A stretch of 64,000 nt of DNA from Polaromonas sp. (GTDB lineage Bacteria; Pseudomonadota; Gammaproteobacteria; Burkholderiales; Burkholderiaceae_C): assembly GCA_040400815.1 (NCBI GenBank), contig JBBAPN010000007.1, positions 9,926-73,925 on the forward strand, read 5' to 3'. Below are positions 58,779 through 64,000 of the stretch, one piece after another (positions within the stretch are counted from its first letter, which is position 1; the number at the start of each line of letters is the position of its first letter). Under the pieces are notes generated by a model. That model was given only the letters and a program-made list of their open reading frames with translations. It did no database searches and was not told where the DNA came from. The translations under genes and the position numbers were made by a program.

Positions 58779-60596
58779 TCAGGCAGTGAACTGCAGTTCT
58801 GCCAGCCGCGCGTACATGCCGCCCAGTTTCACCAGCTCGGCGTGCGTCCCTTGTTCAACCAACCGACCGTGGTCAAGCACCAAAATACGGTCGGCTTGTT
58901 GCACGGTGGCCAGCCGATGGGCAATCACCAGCGTGGTCCGACCGCGCATGGCGGACTCTAGCGCGGCCTGCACCATGCGCTCGCTTTCGGCGTCGAGCGC
59001 GCTGGTGGCTTCGTCGAGCAGCAGCAGCGGTGGGTTTTTCAGCATCGCTCGGGCGATGGCGATACGCTGCCGCTGGCCACCTGACAAACGCACACCGCGT
59101 TCGCCCAAAAAGGTGTCGTAGCCTTCGGGCAAAGCCATGATGAAAGCGTCTGCAAACGCAGCCTGAGCGGCGGCTTTGACCTCCTTGTCAGAGGCATCAG
59201 GTCGGCCGTAACGAATGTTCTCTAACGCGCTGCTGGAAAAAATCACCGCGTCTTGCGGCACGATGCCAATGCGCTCGCGCAGTGCGTGCAGGTCCATCTG
59301 CGCGGTGGCCACGCCGTCCAGCGAGATCCGCCCTGACAGCGGATCGTAAAAGCGCAGCAACAACTGAAACACCGTGCTCTTGCCTGCGCCGCTGGGGCCA
59401 ACAATGGCGACGGTTTCGCCCGGCGCGACGCTGAGGCTGAAATCACTGAGCGCCGCCTGGGCCGGACGCGACGGGTAATGAAACGTCACCGCCTCAAAAG
59501 ACAGGCTGCTACCGGCTTGCGGTGCGGGTGCTTTGACCGGCATGGCCGGGGAAGCGATTGGTGAGCGGCTGGCCAGCAATTCCATCAAGCGCTCGGTGGC
59601 CCCGGCGGCACGCAGCAAGTCACCATAGACCTCGCCCAGCACGGCAAAAGCGCCGGCCAGAATGATCACGTAAAGGACAGTTTGGCCCAGGTCGCCAGCC
59701 GTGATGTCACCGTGTACAACCGCTTGCGTGCCTTGGTACAGGCCCCACAACAAGGCTGCTGAAGTGGCGATGATGATGAAGGCCACCAACACCGAACGGG
59801 CTGCGGTGCGCCGCACAGCCACCTGAAAAGCCGCGCCGGTAGACTGGTCAAAACGAGCCGACTCTCGGGCCTCGGCGGTGTAGCTTTGCACCACCGGTAT
59901 GGCGTTGAGCACTTCGGCGGCGATGGCGCTGGAGTCGGCCACCCGGTCTTGGCTGGCGCGTGACAACTTGCGCACGCGCCGACCAAACCAAACGCTCGGC
60001 AAGATAATCAAGACCAGTGCCGCGAAAACCTGAACCATCACGTAAGGGTTGCTGTAGATCAGCATGGCCAGCGCGCCCACACCCATCACCAGATTGCGCA
60101 GCCCCATGCTCAAAGATGAGCCAACCACTGCTTGCACCAGCGTGGTGTCGGTCGTCAAACGGGACAGCACTTCACCGGTTTGCGTGCTTTCAAAAAACGC
60201 TGGACTTTGTTTCAGCACATGGGCATAGACCGCGTTACGCAGGTCTGCCGTGATCCGCTCACCCAGCCAACTCACCAAGTAAAAGCGGCCAGCTGAAAAA
60301 AGGCCCAAGGCTGTTGCCACGCCAAACAACTCGAAAAAATGCGTCCGCAAGGCCATCATTTGCTCGCCCTTGCTGGCCGGGCTCAGTCCACCGTCGATCA
60401 AGCCACGCAAAGCCAGTGGAAACATCAAGGTGGCGCCAGCCGCCAGGGTCAGAAACAGCAAAGCCAACAAAATGCGAGCGCGGTAAGGCCGCAAAAAAGG
60501 CAGCAGCCCCGACAGCGATTTAGGCGAACCCTTGGCAGACTGGGCGGTGGCAGAGCCTGCGGTAGAAGCAGAAGATGGAGCAGTGGAGGCGGGCAT
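58779..60596 (-). CDS. Fused permease/ATPase ABC exporter (MsbA-like)
   Basis: TM domain then GPSGAGKST, LSGGQRQRIAIAR, LLLDEATSALD, IAHRL. Confidence 0.93.
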   Translation of the reverse strand: MPASTAPSSASTAGSATAQSAKGSPKSLSGLLPFLRPYRARILLALLFLTLAAGATLMFPLALRGLIDGGLSPASKGEQMMALRTHFFELFGVATALGLFSAGRFYLVSWLGERITADLRNAVYAHVLKQSPAFFESTQTGEVLSRLTTDTTLVQAVVGSSLSMGLRNLVMGVGALAMLIYSNPYVMVQVFAALVLIILPSVWFGRRVRKLSRASQDRVADSSAIAAEVLNAIPVVQSYTAEARESARFDQSTGAAFQVAVRRTAARSVLVAFIIIATSAALLWGLYQGTQAVVHGDITAGDLGQTVLYVIILAGAFAVLGEVYGDLLRAAGATERLMELLASRSPIASPAMPVKAPAPQAGSSLSFEAVTFHYPSRPAQAALSDFSLSVAPGETVAIVGPSGAGKSTVFQLLLRFYDPLSGRISLDGVATAQMDLHALRERIGIVPQDAVIFSSSALENIRYGRPDASDKEVKAAAQAAFADAFIMALPEGYDTFLGERGVRLSGGQRQRIAIARAMLKNPPLLLLDEATSALDAESERMVQAALESAMRGRTTLVIAHRLATVQQADRILVLDHGRLVEQGTHAELVKLGGMYARLAELQFTA

Positions 60597-60617
60597 GCAG
60601 GGATTTTAACGATTAAT

Positions 60618-60667
60618 TTGACGCGGCAAAAATTGTCATTGACATTAATTGCCTAAGCAACTAATAT
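60618..60667 (+). promoter_or_regulatory. sigma70 promoter of marR with two candidate operators
   Basis: TTGACA(60639)-17 bp-TAATAT(60662); TTG-N6-CAA boxes at 60618-60629 and 60649-60660. Confidence 0.75.
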
Positions 60668-60674
60668 CCGCCCC

Positions 60675-61205
60675 ATGTCCAACACGTCCTCTTCAGAAAA
60701 AAAATCGCTGACCAAGCCGGCCGGCTCGGCTGCGACGGCCTTTTACGCTGCCGACAATTACAAGCCCGGTGACAGCATTGGGCATCTGATGCGCCGCAGC
60801 TTGGCGCTGATGGCACAAAGCATTGAGCATGAACTTGAGCCCACCGGCCTGACCCATGCGCAGTGGTTGCCGCTTTACAAGCTGCACTTGGGCGTGGTCT
60901 CGACCGTTGCCGAATTGGCGCGCGAGTGCGATCACGATGCCGGCTCCATGACGCGCCTGCTGGACCGACTCGAAACCAAAGACCTGTGCCGCCGGCTGCG
61001 TTCGTCAGACGATCGGCGTGTCGTCAACCTTGAACTGACCGACGCTGGCCGTGCCGCCGCAGAAAAGATCCCAGCCATTCTCAGTGATGTTCAAAATGCT
61101 TATTTAGCGGGGTTTTCTCACGCTGAGTGGAGCGCTTTAAAAGGCTTTTTGAGCCGTATTCTTGACAACGGAAAAACACTGCAAACTGCAGCCGACCCCA
61201 AATAA
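60675..61205 (+). CDS. MarR/EmrR-family transcriptional regulator
   Basis: GLTHAQW, ELARE..DAGSMTRLLDRLE, DDRRVVNLELTDAG. Confidence 0.93.
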   Translation: MSNTSSSEKKSLTKPAGSAATAFYAADNYKPGDSIGHLMRRSLALMAQSIEHELEPTGLTHAQWLPLYKLHLGVVSTVAELARECDHDAGSMTRLLDRLETKDLCRRLRSSDDRRVVNLELTDAGRAAAEKIPAILSDVQNAYLAGFSHAEWSALKGFLSRILDNGKTLQTAADPK

Positions 61206-61215
61206 CCGCCCAGCC

Positions 61216-62673
61216 ATGACCGCCCATCCTCCCGCTCTTTCACATACTTTTCCACGTTTCGCGCCCCGACTGTTGGCCCTGACTTTGCTGGCCGCTGGTT
61301 TGACCGCCTGTGCCGATTTTTCCGGCATCCAAGCACAGTCTCATCTGCAAGAAGCCCCCTCGTCTGCGCTGGCAGGTCCCGCCGACACGCTGCAAGTGAG
61401 CGCCGACTGGTGGCGTGATTTCGGTGACGAGCAGTTGAATCAACTGCAAGCGCGGGCCTTGGCCAACAGCCCCAACCTCAAATTGGCGCAGGCCCGGCTG
61501 GCGCGTTCGCAAGCTGTGCTGGAGGTGGCCAAGGGCGCGACCTTGCCGCAGCTCGGTGCCCAAGTCGACCTGACCCATCAACGCTTCACCGCCAAAGGCG
61601 CAGTGCCGCCGCCCTTGGCTGGCGCGGTCCTGGACAGCGGCACAGCGCAGTTGACCGCGAGTTGGGAGCTCGACTTTTTTGGCAAATACCGGGCTGCGCT
61701 GGACGCCGCCTTGGGCACTGCCAAGGCGGCTGAAGCCGACGCGCAGGCGGCCCACGGTTTGCTTGCATCGCAAGTGGCGCGGGTTTATTTTCAGTGGGTC
61801 CGGCTGGCGGCGCAAACCGCCGTCGCTGCGCGCACTTTGGCGCAGCGGCAGCAGGCGCTGCAACTGGTGCACGGCCGTGTCGAGGCCGGGCTCGACACGC
61901 GGCTGGAACTGCGTTTGAGTGAAGCCGGCCTGCCCGAAGCGCGGCTGCAACTCGAAACCCTGGCCGAACAAAGCGCCTTGACGCGCCATGCGTTGGCAGC
62001 CTTGCTGGGCGACAGCGACAGCCGCGCGCTGGCCGCCGCACCGACGCCCTTGGCGGCGATTCGCTTGCTTGCGCTCAGTCAAAAAATTCCAGCGGACGTG
62101 CTGGGCATGCGCCCAGACATCGTCGCTGCGCGCTGGCGTGTTGAAGCCGCCGGCAACGACGTGCGCAACGCCAAAAGCCAGTTTTACCCGAACATCAACC
62201 TGGTCGGTTTTGCCGGCTTTTCGAGCATCGGTTTGCCGGTGCTGTTCAATGGCAGCAGCCAGCAATGGGGCGTCGGACCGGCGCTGCGCTTGCCAATTTT
62301 TGACGCCGGTCGCTTGCGCGCCAATCTGCGCGGCAAGACGGCCGAGCTGGACGCTGCGGTGGAGATTTACCACGCCGCTGTGGTGGACGCCGCGCGGGAT
62401 GTTGCCGACCAAGTGACGTCCTCGCAAGCCGTGCTGCGCCAGCAAACCGAACAAGCCGCCGCGCAAGCCGCAGCCGAAGCCGCGCACGCAATTGCGTTGC
62501 AGCGCTACCAGGCCGGACTGGCCAATTACCTGACGGTCTTGAGCGCTGAAACCGGCGTTCTGAACCAGCGCCGTGTCGGCGTCGACTTGGCGGTGCGCGC
62601 GCTCGAAACCCGGGTCCAGCTGATGCACGCCCTGGGTGGCGGTGAGGGCAGTCGCTTTGTTGCGGCCCGCTGA
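61216..62673 (+). CDS. Outer-membrane efflux lipoprotein (NodT/TolC family)
   Basis: Lipobox LTAC, WWRDFGDEQLN, SWELDFFG, RPDIVAA, LPIFDAGR, ALGGG. Confidence 0.92.
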   Translation: MTAHPPALSHTFPRFAPRLLALTLLAAGLTACADFSGIQAQSHLQEAPSSALAGPADTLQVSADWWRDFGDEQLNQLQARALANSPNLKLAQARLARSQAVLEVAKGATLPQLGAQVDLTHQRFTAKGAVPPPLAGAVLDSGTAQLTASWELDFFGKYRAALDAALGTAKAAEADAQAAHGLLASQVARVYFQWVRLAAQTAVAARTLAQRQQALQLVHGRVEAGLDTRLELRLSEAGLPEARLQLETLAEQSALTRHALAALLGDSDSRALAAAPTPLAAIRLLALSQKIPADVLGMRPDIVAARWRVEAAGNDVRNAKSQFYPNINLVGFAGFSSIGLPVLFNGSSQQWGVGPALRLPIFDAGRLRANLRGKTAELDAAVEIYHAAVVDAARDVADQVTSSQAVLRQQTEQAAAQAAAEAAHAIALQRYQAGLANYLTVLSAETGVLNQRRVGVDLAVRALETRVQLMHALGGGEGSRFVAAR

Positions 62674-62745
62674 GCCCAAGCCTGCCCGCGCTTATTTTGC
62701 CGACCCCAGTGTCCCTTTTGAACCGTATTTTTTGAAAGCTTTTCC

Positions 62746-63993
62746 ATGAACGCCACCGCAACTGCCGCCGCCGCGCAGCCCTCGACCCTGAACAGCAAAA
62801 GCGCACAACGTAAGAAAGCCCTCACCGTGCTGGCCAGCGTGGTGGTGCTCAGCGCCGTCGGCTGGGGCATTTACGACTACATCGTCGCCAGCCACTACGA
62901 AGGCACCGACAACGCCTACGTGCAAGGCCATGTGATCCAGATCACGCCGCAAATCGGCGGCACGGTGATGGCTATCTTGGCGGACGACACCGACTTTGTG
63001 AAAGCTGGTCAGCCGTTGGTGCAGCTCGACCCGGCCGATGCCCGCGTCGCCCTTGACCAGGCCGAAGCCATGCTGGCCCAAGCGGTGCGCCAAGTGCGCA
63101 CGCTCTACGCCAACAACGGCGCACTCGCCGCACAGGTTCGCTTGCGCGAAGCCGAAGTGCTGCGGGCGCAGGGCGATGTTGCGCGGGCCAGCGACGACCT
63201 GAGCCGTCGCCAGTCGTTGGGTGGCAACGGCGCGGTCTCTCAAGAAGAACTCAACCACGCGCGATCGCAGCTGACCACCAGCCGCAGTGCCTTGGCTGCT
63301 GCCGAGGCTGGCGTCAACGCGGCGCGTGAGCAACTCAGCAGCAACCAGGCGCTGACCGACGGCACCCAGTTGGCGCAGCACCCGAGCGTGCAACTGGCGG
63401 CAGCCAAAGTGCGCGAAGCCCATCTGGCGACACAGCGCACCGCCTTGCTGGCGCCGGTCGACGGTTATGTCGCCAAACGCAGCGTCCAGTTGGGCCAACG
63501 CGTCGCAGCCGGCATGCCGCTGATGGCCGTGATCCCGCTCAACAACGTGTGGGTTGACGCCAATTTCAAAGAGGTCCAGTTGCGCCATATTCGCATCGGT
63601 CAGCCAGCCACCGTGGTGGCCGACTTGTATGGCAAAAAAGTCAGCTACAAAGGCGTTGTGAGTGGCATCGGAATAGGCACTGGCGCGGCTTTTTCCTTGC
63701 TGCCAGCGCAAAACGCCACCGGTAACTGGATCAAAGTGGTGCAGCGTGTGCCGGTGCGCATCGTGCTGGATGCGCAGCAACTCGCGGCCAAGCCCTTGCG
63801 CGTCGGCTTGTCGATGGACGCTGAAATTGAGGTGACCAACCAGAGTGGCAAAGTGCTGGCCGATGTGCCTGCAGCCGCGCCACTGGCCAGCGCTGTGGTC
63901 GACCACGCCAACGACGCTGCCAACGCTGAAGTTCGCCGGGTCATCGCTGCCAATGCTGGCAAGGCCACGCCGTCGCATTCTGCGGTTCACTGA
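62746..63993 (+). CDS. emrA: EmrA/EmrK-family membrane fusion protein
   Basis: TDNAYV, WVDANFKEVQL, FSLLPAQNATGNWIKVVQRVPVRI. Confidence 0.92.
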   Translation: MNATATAAAAQPSTLNSKSAQRKKALTVLASVVVLSAVGWGIYDYIVASHYEGTDNAYVQGHVIQITPQIGGTVMAILADDTDFVKAGQPLVQLDPADARVALDQAEAMLAQAVRQVRTLYANNGALAAQVRLREAEVLRAQGDVARASDDLSRRQSLGGNGAVSQEELNHARSQLTTSRSALAAAEAGVNAAREQLSSNQALTDGTQLAQHPSVQLAAAKVREAHLATQRTALLAPVDGYVAKRSVQLGQRVAAGMPLMAVIPLNNVWVDANFKEVQLRHIRIGQPATVVADLYGKKVSYKGVVSGIGIGTGAAFSLLPAQNATGNWIKVVQRVPVRIVLDAQQLAAKPLRVGLSMDAEIEVTNQSGKVLADVPAAAPLASAVVDHANDAANAEVRRVIAANAGKATPSHSAVH

Positions 63994-64000
63994 ACGCGGA

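Noticed and set aside
1-64000. CRISPR array, rRNA, prophage or defence genes
   Set aside because: No regularly spaced repeats or corresponding protein motifs were found by eye

Overview
High-GC betaproteobacterial chromosome segment. Gene content and order look Comamonadaceae/Burkholderiales-like, which is an inference. Four blocks: (1) 395-17297, an accessory oxidative-catabolism cluster between pmbA and yqeY, with two Baeyer-Villiger monooxygenases, an esterase, two alcohol dehydrogenases, a luciferase-like monooxygenase, a flavin reductase fused to an IclR effector domain, a DAD-type cupin dioxygenase, two paralogous binding proteins with one Liv-type ABC set, and a Bug/TctC receptor; no DNA-binding regulator or mobility gene is visible. 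(2) 17363-19580, yqeY, rpsU and a YhiN-family gene. (3) 19640-36059, a complete assimilatory nitrate/nitrite cluster with four sigma54 promoters, NtrC-like sites and two ANTAR-type RNA leaders. It has NasT but no NasS, plus a two-gene module: a soluble pseudo-receiver/ANTAR protein carrying two NarX-type nitrate-binding motifs, and a membrane-anchored PP2C phosphatase-Ser/Thr kinase fusion. This module is the best candidate for an undescribed system. (4) 36090-64000, housekeeping genes: tsaD, rpsO, pnp, qor, tpiA, secG, tRNA-Leu, nuoA-N, small tail genes, an ABC exporter and a marR-TolC-emrA efflux operon. No CRISPR array, transposase, integrase or rRNA was seen. All calls come from reading motifs by eye; no searches were run, so novelty is unverified.
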